Positions 37,927 to 46,508 of a stretch of DNA of 64,000 nt are shown piece after piece. The first letter of the stretch is position 1, and each line of letters begins with the position of its first letter. The position numbers and the translations under genes are program-made. The notes beneath the pieces are model-generated. The model searched no databases and had not been told where the DNA came from. It worked only from the letters and a program-made list of their open reading frames with translations. The stretch is from Bradymonadales bacterium (GTDB taxonomy: Bacteria; Bdellovibrionota; UBA2394): assembly GCA_007693605.1 (NCBI GenBank), contig REDG01000055.1, positions 14,353-78,352 of the forward strand. The letters run 5' to 3'.

Positions 37927-38061
37927 ATGCCACAAAAGAATAGTCAACAGAATCAGAAGAAACCAAATCAAAACACTCAACATAAATCTCAGGCCAAGAA
38001 TGATGAACAAAACTGGAAAGCAAAAAATCAACAACAAGGGCAAAGAGCCTCATCGAAGTAA
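37927..38061 (+). CDS. possible 44-aa Gln/Asn/Lys-rich small protein
   Basis: ATG 37927 preceded by AAAGGAAACTCCT; MPQKNSQQNQKKPNQNTQHKSQAKNDEQNWKAKNQQQGQRASSK; not in the ORF track (below 60 aa). Confidence 0.3.
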   Translation: MPQKNSQQNQKKPNQNTQHKSQAKNDEQNWKAKNQQQGQRASSK

Positions 38062-38115
38062 GTTAGCATCCGATGGGATGGGCGCGTGGCTATGGCTCGC
38101 GCTCATTTCATCTTA

Positions 38116-38252
38116 GGGGGCTGGCGCTAAAGGCCCATCTGCTTTGTTCGGAACACTTGGTGGAACGAAAGAAAACTGAGGAGTTGAACTTGAGTGTCCT
38201 AAGGTCTTGGGCGGGCTTGCCAGTGAAAAAGAGCTAAAGGCCCACCTGCCCC
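38116..38252. repeat. composite interspersed repeat, copy D
   Basis: GGCGCTAAAGGCCCATCTGCTTT at the 5' end and GGCGGGCTTGCCAGTGAAAAAGAGCTAAAGGCCCACCTGCC at the 3' end; same architecture as copy C; abuts the stop of the SDR gene. Confidence 0.7.
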
Positions 38253-38257
38253 CAGTC

Positions 38258-39010
38258 TCAGGTCGATCTTCGAGCGACTTGACCGACGGCCGCTTGGGCG
38301 GTTGGCATCAGGAGAAGAGATTCGACATTGACCCTTCGTGGGCAAGACAGACTCCAAACGATGGCTTCGGCGACATCTTCACTCGTTAAAGCATCAAAGC
38401 CCTGATAGACAGCCTTCGCCCGTTCTCGGTCTCCCTTGAATCGAACTTCACTGAACTCGGTTTCCACCATTCCCGGATGGATGCCGATTACTCTGATGTT
38501 TTTCCCCAACAGGTCCTTTCTCCAGGCTTCGGTAAGAGCTCGGACGGCGAACTTCGTCGCACAATAAACCGAACCACCGGCGTAAGTCTGGCTACCCGCG
38601 ACCGATCCAATATTCACAATATCGCCGCCCCCCCTTTTTAACATTTCTGAAATCACGGCCTGGCTCAACTCAATCAAAGACAGGACATTGGTCTCAAACA
38701 TCTGTCGAACGGCCTCCGTCTCCAGTTCTTGAATCGGATCAGTGCCGAGGGCCAGTCCGGAATTGTTAACAAGAACGCCGATCTGAGATAGATCCACTTG
38801 CGACTTGATGGCCGCCAGTCCTTCATTGAGGTCCTGAACGATCGGATGAATGTTTTTGGGATTTTCTTCCTGGAGCTTAAGAAGGCGGTCCTTCCGACGA
38901 GCAAGAGCATAAACCTCCGCTCCCCTCTCGGCGAGAAGTTGAGCCGTTGCTCGGCCAATTCCAGAACTCGCCCCTGTAACCAAGACTTTTAGATTTTCAA
39001 AGGTCGTCAT
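38258..39010 (-). CDS. SDR-family NADP-dependent oxidoreductase (YdfG-like)
   Basis: VLVTGASSGIGRATA, NNSG, YCATKFAV catalytic Y-x-x-x-K; start set to MTTFENLKVLV. Confidence 0.9.
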   Translation of the reverse strand: MTTFENLKVLVTGASSGIGRATAQLLAERGAEVYALARRKDRLLKLQEENPKNIHPIVQDLNEGLAAIKSQVDLSQIGVLVNNSGLALGTDPIQELETEAVRQMFETNVLSLIELSQAVISEMLKRGGGDIVNIGSVAGSQTYAGGSVYCATKFAVRALTEAWRKDLLGKNIRVIGIHPGMVETEFSEVRFKGDRERAKAVYQGFDALTSEDVAEAIVWSLSCPRRVNVESLLLMPTAQAAVGQVARRST

Positions 39011-39156
39011 TTCTCTCTTTTGCCAGCTTCTAGAAGGCCTGTCGACTGTACTCTGTGTTCTCAAGCGGCCCCGAAGAACTGCGTTTTGCAGAGAGGAGGC
39101 CTAAGATCAGGCGCTCCGAGAGAAGTCAAATCGCCTTCAAAAAATGACAATCTCGC

Positions 39157-39828
39157 TTAGGGCTTACATTTCTTGCAGGCCCGATAACCTGCTTTCAAAA
39201 ACTCGATTCTTGTCGCGGCAAAAACTCGGTGTTCCGTGTAGTAGCCCCGCCGAATCCACGAAAGCGCCGATCGACAGTCGAGACGACCGTAAATCTTCAG
39301 TCCTCGGTGGCCACCAAAAGCTCCTGGAAGGGGGCTCAAGTAGATTTCACCCGAGGAGTTGATCAATTTGAATTCCTTTTTAAAGTATTGAGGATGAAAC
39401 ACGAAGACTTGTCGTCCGTTCTCATGAAAGTAGGCTTTCTTGGCAGAACGAATCGGTCTAGCGGAAGAGACCAGCTGAAACCAATTCATCTCGAAAGGAT
39501 TGTAGCGGACTTCGTGCCAAGATTTGCTTGGGGGTTCTGGTTCAACGGCTTGAAGTTTTCCGTAAACGCCCGCGTGAGGTCGGCGTCGACCTTGTATTAG
39601 AATACCCTCTCGAATTTCTTGGTCGACTTCAAATCGAATGTCATCCAGAAGAAGGCTCTTGGCATAGAAAAGATGCCTTCCGTTCAGACGATCCCAAACT
39701 GTCCATATTCCTCTGGAATTCTCACGAAAGACGAAAACCTCTTTGCCGATCCAGCTTGTGCTCTGATCTGCCAACAGGCCAACGGGGAATATGATGAGAG
39801 AAAGAAAGAAAAGCCTCAAAAGCCTCAC
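39157..39828 (-). CDS. secreted protein with C-terminal Ada-type zinc-binding-like motif
   Basis: Signal peptide MRLLRLFFLSLIIFPVGLLA; C-terminus CRSAL..FLKAGYRACKKCKP resembles the Ada metal-binding domain. Confidence 0.4.
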   Translation of the reverse strand: MRLLRLFFLSLIIFPVGLLADQSTSWIGKEVFVFRENSRGIWTVWDRLNGRHLFYAKSLLLDDIRFEVDQEIREGILIQGRRRPHAGVYGKLQAVEPEPPSKSWHEVRYNPFEMNWFQLVSSARPIRSAKKAYFHENGRQVFVFHPQYFKKEFKLINSSGEIYLSPLPGAFGGHRGLKIYGRLDCRSALSWIRRGYYTEHRVFAATRIEFLKAGYRACKKCKP

Positions 39829-39926
39829 TACTCGAACCTATATGAGGGAAAGGGCCTGTTGAGCAAGAGAGAATCGCACCCAAAGCCCCCTTTGACGGGG
39901 CTGACGACCTGAGCTAAGGAGGGGCC

Positions 39927-41087
39927 GTGAAAGAGAGAGACATCATCGCAGCTCCTGTTTCAGATGGGTCGCGCAAATCCTTAAGTAAGACAGGCATCTA
40001 CTTTGGGCAAACTGGCCAGCCAGTGCTTGTGCTTGCAACGAGCTGTCAGGAGCTGAGCGCCCCTGTCTACGAGATTACTGATCCGGCCCCCGTTTGCGAT
40101 AGGCTCTCTGCGAGCCAACACCTCTTAGATAAAAGCTTTGTTGTCTGCTTGAAGTCTTTTTTTCAACTGGGTGGAAAGAGACTGATTGTGATGCCGATTC
40201 AGATTGAGACCGGCGTCGAAGATTTGGCTTCAGAGTATCGGACGAAGCTTCTGGGTGTTGACGGTGGCTTTGGCAATCGAACGGGCATTCATCGTTTGAG
40301 GGACTTTGAGGCCTGCGGCGACTTGTTGGCTTTCCCGCAGGCTGCGGTTGTCCTCGGATCTGAAGATCTCAGCGCGTTTTATCAGGAAGTTCAGAATTTT
40401 CTGGAACGGAGAAGCCATCATTTTTTACTGATGGATCCGCCCTGCTATACAGACTCAGAAAAGCTGAGAATTTGGGCCAGGACATTTCAGTCTGAGATGA
40501 GCGCTTTGTTTTTTCCTTGGGTTTCGGTGCCTGGCTTAGGCCTCACGCCCGCGTCCATTTTGGCGGCAGCACTGATTCAGCGGAATGATTTTCAGCATAG
40601 CATTTCGACGACACCAGCGAATCAGGTGATCGATGCCAAACTTGAGCTCCTGAAAGAGATTCCGAAGGCTGAAGTCGAGGCTCTTAATCAAGTTCATGTG
40701 AATGTCTTTAGGCGAAAGCCAAACTCGGACCTCGTTCTCTGGGGAGCCTTTACTACCTCTAAGGCCGGAGATCATCGCTCGCTCATTCACTTAAGTCGAA
40801 GCCTTTGGAGCCTGAAAGACGCCTTTGAGAGAGTCACAGAATCGCTCGTTCTTGAGGCTCGAACGGAATCCACCTGTGAAAAAATCCATCGAAGTCTTGA
40901 GGCCTTTTTAGAGAACTGTCAGCGAGAGGGACTCTTGGTCGCTCGACCTGGTCAAAAGGCTTATCGCATTGAGGTGGAGTTGATGGCACAAGGGAAAGGG
41001 CAGTGGGATTCTGGCATTCAGATTCGCGTTGATGTCGCTCTCGAAAGTGCCGACCGTTTTGTAGGATTGCAGCAGGAAATTTCGTAG
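39927..41087 (+). CDS. divergent CIS tail-sheath paralog
   Basis: Colinear with the sheath at 41902: NRTGIHRLRDF / KRTGINVFNN, FLLMDPP / FALLDCE, ALFFPWVSVPG / ACYFPWVRVYD, VNVFRRKPNSDLVLWGAFT / INLIRDFGDMGIKVYGARTLT; lacks the N-terminal PGVY motif; GTG after AAGGAGG. Confidence 0.7.
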   Translation: MKERDIIAAPVSDGSRKSLSKTGIYFGQTGQPVLVLATSCQELSAPVYEITDPAPVCDRLSASQHLLDKSFVVCLKSFFQLGGKRLIVMPIQIETGVEDLASEYRTKLLGVDGGFGNRTGIHRLRDFEACGDLLAFPQAAVVLGSEDLSAFYQEVQNFLERRSHHFLLMDPPCYTDSEKLRIWARTFQSEMSALFFPWVSVPGLGLTPASILAAALIQRNDFQHSISTTPANQVIDAKLELLKEIPKAEVEALNQVHVNVFRRKPNSDLVLWGAFTTSKAGDHRSLIHLSRSLWSLKDAFERVTESLVLEARTESTCEKIHRSLEAFLENCQREGLLVARPGQKAYRIEVELMAQGKGQWDSGIQIRVDVALESADRFVGLQQEIS

Positions 41088-41110
41088 GGCTCGCCCTACA
41101 GGCTGTAGGG
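41083..41110. promoter_or_regulatory. candidate enhancer (UAS): three GTAGGG/CCCTAC hexamers including the palindrome CCCTACAG-g-CTGTAGGG
   Basis: CGTAGGG (41083-89), CCCTAC (41094-99), TGTAGGG (41104-10), 105-130 bp upstream of the sigma54 promoter; the same CGTAGGG/TGTAGGG pair recurs at 48827-48853. Confidence 0.45.
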
Positions 41111-41213
41111 TTTTCACAACATACTCAATTGATTGAATTCAGACTTTGTCTCCCGGCTCCCCTTGTAGAGCCTTTTTTCTCGATATTGAGCCTCTTGCTG
41201 CATTGAAACTTTT

Positions 41214-41229
41214 TGGCATGCCTCTTGCT
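41214..41229 (+). promoter_or_regulatory. sigma54 -24/-12 promoter of the main CIS operon
   Basis: TGGCATG-cctc-TTGCT; one mismatch to TGGCACG-N4-TTGCW; GG/GC spacing exactly 10 nt; 40 nt upstream of ATG 41270. Confidence 0.65.
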
Positions 41230-41269
41230 CCTTCCTGGTTCCTGAAATGAGCCAGTGGAGTAAATAGAA

Positions 41270-41905
41270 ATGCAGTCAAAGGATTTTCTGAAATCATTAA
41301 CTCAGTTCTTAGTTCAGTTTTTGAATCGAGAACTTGAACGAGAAGGCTTCGGCAGTCGCTTTCGAGTGGAGGCGGGCTTAGAAGAAGTCAGCTCAGATGT
41401 CGACAAGAGAGGCTTCTGGAATCGTCTTGGTGGTCAAAGCCTTACTCGAGCCTTTCTACAGTCTTACTCCGTCCAGCGGATTCAGAACTCTCGAAACTCA
41501 GTTCTCAAAACAGAAGAGGTCGAGAAAGACGGAGAACGATTCTTTGTCAATCGTCGTAGCCCAGAGACCCTTGAAATCAAGTATCTTTTGGTGGGACCTT
41601 CTTTGGCCTCGAACGAAGGTCAAGAGCTCTACGCCGCCCTCTTTACAATCTTTTTTGATCACCTTCAAGTCGAGTGGTCCCGTGGGGATCAGACGGAGAC
41701 TCTTAAGCTCAATGATCTAAACGAAGAGGATGAGCCTCGAGCTCAAGCTTTACTTACAGAGCAGGGTATCTCAACGCTGCCTCTCTATTCATTTAGTGTT
41801 CGCGTGCCAATTGCGTCGGGTCGAGTGATATCTCAAGACCATCGTGTTTTGCACCGAGATCTTCAATTCAAACGAAAAACAACATCTGGAGGAAAACAAT
41901 CATGA
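41270..41905 (+). CDS. putative DUF4255 (Pvc16/Afp16 N-domain-like) tail terminator/cap protein
   Basis: About 210 aa, first gene of the operon just before the sheath as in many eCIS loci; LEIKYLLVGPS..EGQELYAALFTIFFDH resembles the DUF4255 core; moderate. Confidence 0.5.
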   Translation: MQSKDFLKSLTQFLVQFLNRELEREGFGSRFRVEAGLEEVSSDVDKRGFWNRLGGQSLTRAFLQSYSVQRIQNSRNSVLKTEEVEKDGERFFVNRRSPETLEIKYLLVGPSLASNEGQELYAALFTIFFDHLQVEWSRGDQTETLKLNDLNEEDEPRAQALLTEQGISTLPLYSFSVRVPIASGRVISQDHRVLHRDLQFKRKTTSGGKQS

Positions 41906-43044
41906 GCGAAATGACAGCGCCCGGCGTGTATACCAATATTACATCGAGCGGAAACAAACCTATTGCCTCGGTCGGATCTTCGACAGCGGCATTCATCGGA
42001 CAATCTTCACGAGGGCCTGAGAACCAAGCCACTCTCGTAACGAGCTGGGCTCAATATGAGAAGCAATTTGGGTCTTTCGGAGAATCCCAATACCTGGCCC
42101 ATGCCGTCTATGGATTCTTTGCGAACGGCGGAAGCAAAGCCTTCATCTGCAATATCGGAGCCGAAAAAGACGGACAAACCGACAATGATGTAACCGCGGC
42201 CTTAATGGGCGAAGATAAAGGTCCTGCCAAACGGACAGGCATCAATGTCTTCAACAACATTGAAGAGATCAGTCTGGTGGCTGCACCCGGAATCACTTCA
42301 CCAGAAGCCCAAGGCATTCTGATTGATCACTGCGAAAAATTAGGAGATCGATTCGCTCTTTTAGATTGTGAAGAGACCTTGCAGTCAGGGCTCGATGAGA
42401 TGTACCGACCAAAAGCATCAACCAATGCGGCTTGTTATTTTCCATGGGTACGAGTCTACGATCCCATCAAAAAAGAGAATGTCTATCAACCCCCGACGGG
42501 TTTTGTGGCTGGTCTGTATTCTCGTGTGGATTCTCAACGAGGTATTCACAAAGCGCCTGCCAATGAAACTCTTAATGGAGTGACGGGCCTCAAGTACAGT
42601 CTTACGAAAGAGGAGCAGAGCTTATTGAATCCAAGAGGAATCAATTTGATTCGAGATTTTGGGGATATGGGGATTAAAGTCTATGGGGCTCGCACGCTTA
42701 CGAATGACGCTGAGTGGAAATACATCAATGTTCGTCGACTCTTTCTCAATGTCAGAGAGAGCTTGCAAAAGGGCACGGAGTGGGCGGTTTTCGAGCCGAA
42801 CAACGAAACCCTTTGGGGAAATGTGAAGCGAAACATCGCAGCCTACCTCAAGACTCTTTGGAAGCAGGAAGCTTTGGTGGGGACCACTCCAGAAGAGGCC
42901 TTTTATGTAATTTGTGACCAAACGAATAATCCTCAAGAGTCTATCGACCAAGGGATTCTTAATGTCAGCATCGGAATCGCCCCTGTGAAACCAGCTGAAT
43001 TCGTTAGCATCACAATTCAACAAAAATACGAAGAAGATAATTAA
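41902..43044 (+). CDS. CIS/phage tail sheath protein (Afp2-like)
   Basis: N-terminal MTAPGVYTNI, AAFIGQSSRGP, GINLIRDFGDMGIKVYGARTLT, YINVRRLFLNVRESL, FYVICD; ATGA overlap with the upstream gene. Confidence 0.92.
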   Translation: MSEMTAPGVYTNITSSGNKPIASVGSSTAAFIGQSSRGPENQATLVTSWAQYEKQFGSFGESQYLAHAVYGFFANGGSKAFICNIGAEKDGQTDNDVTAALMGEDKGPAKRTGINVFNNIEEISLVAAPGITSPEAQGILIDHCEKLGDRFALLDCEETLQSGLDEMYRPKASTNAACYFPWVRVYDPIKKENVYQPPTGFVAGLYSRVDSQRGIHKAPANETLNGVTGLKYSLTKEEQSLLNPRGINLIRDFGDMGIKVYGARTLTNDAEWKYINVRRLFLNVRESLQKGTEWAVFEPNNETLWGNVKRNIAAYLKTLWKQEALVGTTPEEAFYVICDQTNNPQESIDQGILNVSIGIAPVKPAEFVSITIQQKYEEDN

Positions 43045-43068
43045 TTAAGAAATTAAGGAGTAATAGAA

Positions 43069-43491
43069 ATGGCAGAATATTTTTCAACATCTAATTTTGA
43101 GGTCAGTGTCGAAGGTCTTCAATCGAAGCAATTCAGTGAAGTTGAAGGTCTGAGGGTGAGTATTGAGAATCTTCCCTACCAAGAGGGAGCCATGCATCTT
43201 CAGCAAACCAAAAAGGGTCGTACTCGGTTCGATGACTTGGTTTTGAGAAGACGCTTTGATGGCGACAAGGAGTTTATTGGCTGGCTGCAGGAATGCTCTC
43301 AGAAGAAAGTCTTAAAGCGGAGTGGATCGATTATTCTAAAAGATGATGATCAGAAAGAAGTGCTTCGCTTTAACTTTACAGGGGCGTGGCCGGTCGCTTG
43401 GAAGGCCCCCTCCTTCACTACGAAGCCAAATGAGAATGAAATTGGAATGGAAGAAATTGTTTTGAGCGTCGAGACGCTTGAAATGGCTTAA
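43069..43491 (+). CDS. CIS tail tube protein (gp19/Afp1-like)
   Basis: 140 aa; FEVSVEGL..FSEVEGL..FDDLVLRR..FNFTGAWPVAWKAPSF typical of T4 gp19-type tube proteins. Confidence 0.9.
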   Translation: MAEYFSTSNFEVSVEGLQSKQFSEVEGLRVSIENLPYQEGAMHLQQTKKGRTRFDDLVLRRRFDGDKEFIGWLQECSQKKVLKRSGSIILKDDDQKEVLRFNFTGAWPVAWKAPSFTTKPNENEIGMEEIVLSVETLEMA

Positions 43492-43496
43492 ATCAG

Positions 43497-43540
43497 ATTG
43501 GGGTCGGGCTGAGATAGTCTCGACCCCAATTTCGCTTTGT
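43497..43540 (+). terminator. hairpin after the tube gene (possible attenuator setting sheath/tube excess)
   Basis: ATTGGGGTCG..CGACCCCAAT 10-bp stem followed by TTCGCTTTGT. Confidence 0.45.
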
Positions 43541-43557
43541 AACTAAAGGAGTGTGGG

Positions 43558-45081
43558 ATGAGCTTAGCGACTGCGGCACGAGACATTGATATCCTTATTC
43601 GGGCTCGATATCCGATCATCTATTGCAGCTCGTTCGAAGAGGCAAGGGTAGAGCGCCTATTGGAGGAGGTGTCCATTCAGAGAAAAGCCAAGCTCGTGGC
43701 CTGGACCCGTACTCGGGGCTTCGTTGATTCCAATGAAAAATCGATTGAAAAGATCCACTCTCCTGAGAAGGCCCTCGATTTTATCTCTGAAAAGGAAGGC
43801 CGTTTTTGTTTTCTTTTAAAAGACTTTCATCCCTATCTCAAAGACCCAGGAATCATCAGAAAATTGCGGGATCTATGTCGAGATTTAAAACTGACCCAGA
43901 AAAATGTGATTCTCCTTTCGCCCTGCTTGAACATTCCGTTGGAACTCTCGAAAGAGATGGCGGTTCTAGACATGCCGCTGCCAGATAGAAAAGAGATCGA
44001 GCAAATCTACAAAAAGATTCCTGCCGAAGTGGTCAGTTCCGATGCCGACGAGCTTGATGCCTGTATTGAGGCGGCCCTCGGGCTCACGGAAGAAGAAATC
44101 GAGAATGTTTTCGCCAAATCCGTCGTGTCGAAAGGGCAGGTGAATGTGGAAACAATTTTGAGCGAAAAGAGACAGTTGGTTCAGAAGTCGGGTATTCTCG
44201 ATTTCATTCCCGTACAAGAGAGTTTTGAAAACATCGGTGGCTTAGAGAATCTGAAAAGCTGGCTCGTTAGGCGTAGAGGTGGCTTTTCTCAAGAGGCAAG
44301 AGATATTAAGCTTCCTTGCCCTCGTGGAATTCTTCTGACGGGAATCCCTGGATGTGGAAAGTCTTTGACCGCAGTATGTACTGGTGCCGCATGGAAGCTT
44401 CCTGTCTTACGGCTTGATTTGGGCAAAGTCTTTAGTGGCCTGGTAGGCTCTTCTGAAGAAAATATGCGATTGGCCATTAAGACGGCAGAGAGCGTCGCGC
44501 CTTCAATTCTGTGGATCGACGAGATTGAAAAGGGGATGGCAGGAGGTTCCTCGAGTGGAGCAAGTGATGGTGGTACAGGCTCCCGTGTTTTTGGGACCTT
44601 CTTAACTTGGATGCAAGAAAAGAAGAAACCCGTTTTTGTTCTGGCGACCGCTAACGACATTTCCGGCTTGCCACCAGAGATGCTTCGAAAGGGTCGATTT
44701 GACGAGATCTTCTTTGTGGACTTGCCCAGCGAGTCGGAGCGCTTGTCGATCTTAGAAATTCACCTCAGTAAACGATCTTGGACTGTTGAAGGCTTCTCTA
44801 CCGAAGAGTTTTTAAAGCTATCCGAGGGGTTTACCGGGGCTGAAATCGAGCAGACCCTCATTGATGCTCGATTTGATGCTTTTTTTAGAGGAGATTCCCT
44901 GACCATGTCTGGCTTGAAGGAGGCCTTTTCCTCAACAGTGCCATTGTCTCGCTCCATGTCAGAGAAGATCAATGCGCTGAGAGCTTGGGCAAAGGATCGT
45001 GCCGTGTTGGCGTCAGGTCAAAGGTTGACCGAGACAAAAATTCAAGCCGTGCGAGCGCTTGAAATTGGAGGAGGTCTGTAA
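43558..45081 (+). CDS. Ycf46-like AAA+ ATPase
   Basis: N-terminus [22 protein letters not shown] resembles Ycf46-type ATPases; Walker A GIPGCGKS, Walker [11 protein letters not shown]-terminal [14 protein letters not shown]. Confidence 0.85.
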   Translation: MSLATAARDIDILIRARYPIIYCSSFEEARVERLLEEVSIQRKAKLVAWTRTRGFVDSNEKSIEKIHSPEKALDFISEKEGRFCFLLKDFHPYLKDPGIIRKLRDLCRDLKLTQKNVILLSPCLNIPLELSKEMAVLDMPLPDRKEIEQIYKKIPAEVVSSDADELDACIEAALGLTEEEIENVFAKSVVSKGQVNVETILSEKRQLVQKSGILDFIPVQESFENIGGLENLKSWLVRRRGGFSQEARDIKLPCPRGILLTGIPGCGKSLTAVCTGAAWKLPVLRLDLGKVFSGLVGSSEENMRLAIKTAESVAPSILWIDEIEKGMAGGSSSGASDGGTGSRVFGTFLTWMQEKKKPVFVLATANDISGLPPEMLRKGRFDEIFFVDLPSESERLSILEIHLSKRSWTVEGFSTEEFLKLSEGFTGAEIEQTLIDARFDAFFRGDSLTMSGLKEAFSSTVPLSRSMSEKINALRAWAKDRAVLASGQRLTETKIQAVRALEIGGGL

Positions 45082-45473
45082 TGTCTCACTTCACAGAAAT
45101 CAAAACAAAACTGAAGAATCTTGAAACAATAAAAGAGGCGCTCGACGCACTCAACCTAGACTATGAATACTCTGAGGCGCTCACGCAGGTTCGGGGTTTC
45201 TATGGAGATCATATTGCCGCTGACTTTCGAATCTCTACCGGCACCGACTATGATTTGGGTCTCCGCCGAACGGAGTCTGGAGAGTATGAGTTTGTTGCCG
45301 ATTTCGAGATGTTAAGCGCACACAAATGCGATTACAAAGCCCTGCAATCAAAGATTCAGCAGAGCTATTCAATGATTCAGGTCAAAGAAGTCTTGAAAGA
45401 GCAGGGCTACGAGCTTGGTGAAGAACAGCTCGATGAGTCTGGTAATCTTCAGATGGTGGTGTCGAAATGGTAA
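45081..45473 (+). CDS. DUF1257 (Ycf35-like) protein
   Basis: [30 protein letters not shown] is the characteristic DUF1257 N-terminus; start overlaps the ATPase stop (TAATG). Confidence 0.75.
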   Translation: MSHFTEIKTKLKNLETIKEALDALNLDYEYSEALTQVRGFYGDHIAADFRISTGTDYDLGLRRTESGEYEFVADFEMLSAHKCDYKALQSKIQQSYSMIQVKEVLKEQGYELGEEQLDESGNLQMVVSKW

Positions 45474-45661
45474 AAAAGCGAGAAATCAGAATTGTCGTGG
45501 ATCCTGAAGGCAATACCCAGATTGAGGTCCTGAACGCAGAGGGGCAGGAGTGTCTCGAGTGGACAAGAGAGCTAGAATCTAAGCTGGGAGAGGTCGCGAA
45601 GAGAGATTTAAAAGAGGCTTATTATGTTGAGAGCTCAGAGAAGCTTCACCAAGAGTCTTGA
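45467..45661 (+). CDS. DUF2997 protein
   Basis: 64 aa; IRIVVDPEGNTQIEVLNAEGQECLEWTRELESKLG matches the DUF2997 pattern; usual partner of DUF1257. Confidence 0.7.
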   Translation: MVKKREIRIVVDPEGNTQIEVLNAEGQECLEWTRELESKLGEVAKRDLKEAYYVESSEKLHQES

Positions 45662-46508
45662 GCCGCCTCATCGGACTCGCGCCTTTTTAGTCGGGGACGA
45701 CAAGTTGGTCATTACCGACATGTGGCAAAGCTGGCAGGGATCCTTTTATCTCAGTCCAGAGGGCGGACAAAAGTCTCAGAGAGTGGGAGTGAATGACTTT
45801 GGGATTTTGCGGGGTGAAGAGCCTCCCATTGATCGAAACAAGGGGACCGGAGCGGTCTATATCTTTGGATGTCCCCTGCGGTGCAAGACCTGCTACCAGC
45901 CTGAGTTCTTCGGACGCAAGGCCCGAATGGAGTTCAGTGTTTCTGACTTGGCGCGACTATTTCTGGAGCTTCAAAGGGAAGGAGCAGCGACTTTGTCTAT
46001 TGTGATGGCGACACTTCAAAAGCCTGTTGTCAAAGCACTGATCAAGGCGAAAGAGATGGGTTTGAGCATCGATTGTGTTTTGAATTATTCTGGTTTTGTT
46101 TCGTCGAAGGATCTTTCAGAAGTTCAAGATCTCTTTGAAATCTTTGTTCCTGATGTCAAAGCCTTGAGTGAAAAATATCGCAAGGCACATGCTTTGTCTG
46201 AGGGCTATACAAAGACTGCTTTAGAGGGTGTTCGATATCTTGCTGAGAGCCAAAAGAACTTGATTGTGAGGCATCTCGTCTTGTCTCCTTTGCCAGATCC
46301 TCTGTCAGACATTCGGATTCTGTTTGATTGGATGAATCGGCAGGCCTTTCGTTTTCCTTTGTCAATTTTAACTCAGTACCTCTGCCCCATCGAGAAAAGG
46401 CTGTTTAGCTTGAGTGAAGAGCTTCTGAGTCAGCTACACGAACTCTCTGATCAATTTAGAGTTCCAATCTTTTTACAAGGAAGTGGAGACTATGATTACA
46501 AACTTTGA
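45624..46508 (+). CDS. radical SAM enzyme (activase-like); start uncertain
   Basis: CX3CX2C cluster motif GCPLRCKTCYQPEFF; about 290 aa; overlaps the neighbouring genes at both ends. Confidence 0.65.
   Translation: MLRAQRSFTKSLEPPHRTRAFLVGDDKLVITDMWQSWQGSFYLSPEGGQKSQRVGVNDFGILRGEEPPIDRNKGTGAVYIFGCPLRCKTCYQPEFFGRKARMEFSVSDLARLFLELQREGAATLSIVMATLQKPVVKALIKAKEMGLSIDCVLNYSGFVSSKDLSEVQDLFEIFVPDVKALSEKYRKAHALSEGYTKTALEGVRYLAESQKNLIVRHLVLSPLPDPLSDIRILFDWMNRQAFRFPLSILTQYLCPIEKRLFSLSEELLSQLHELSDQFRVPIFLQGSGDYDYKL

Noticed and set aside
41094-41115. CCCTACAG-g-CTGTAGGG followed by TTTT read as an intrinsic terminator of the sheath-paralog gene
   Set aside because: The arms are separated by a single nucleotide, so an RNA hairpin would keep only about 6-7 bp. 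The recurrence of the same hexamers upstream of the second sigma54 promoter favours a protein-binding site. A weak terminator role cannot be excluded.
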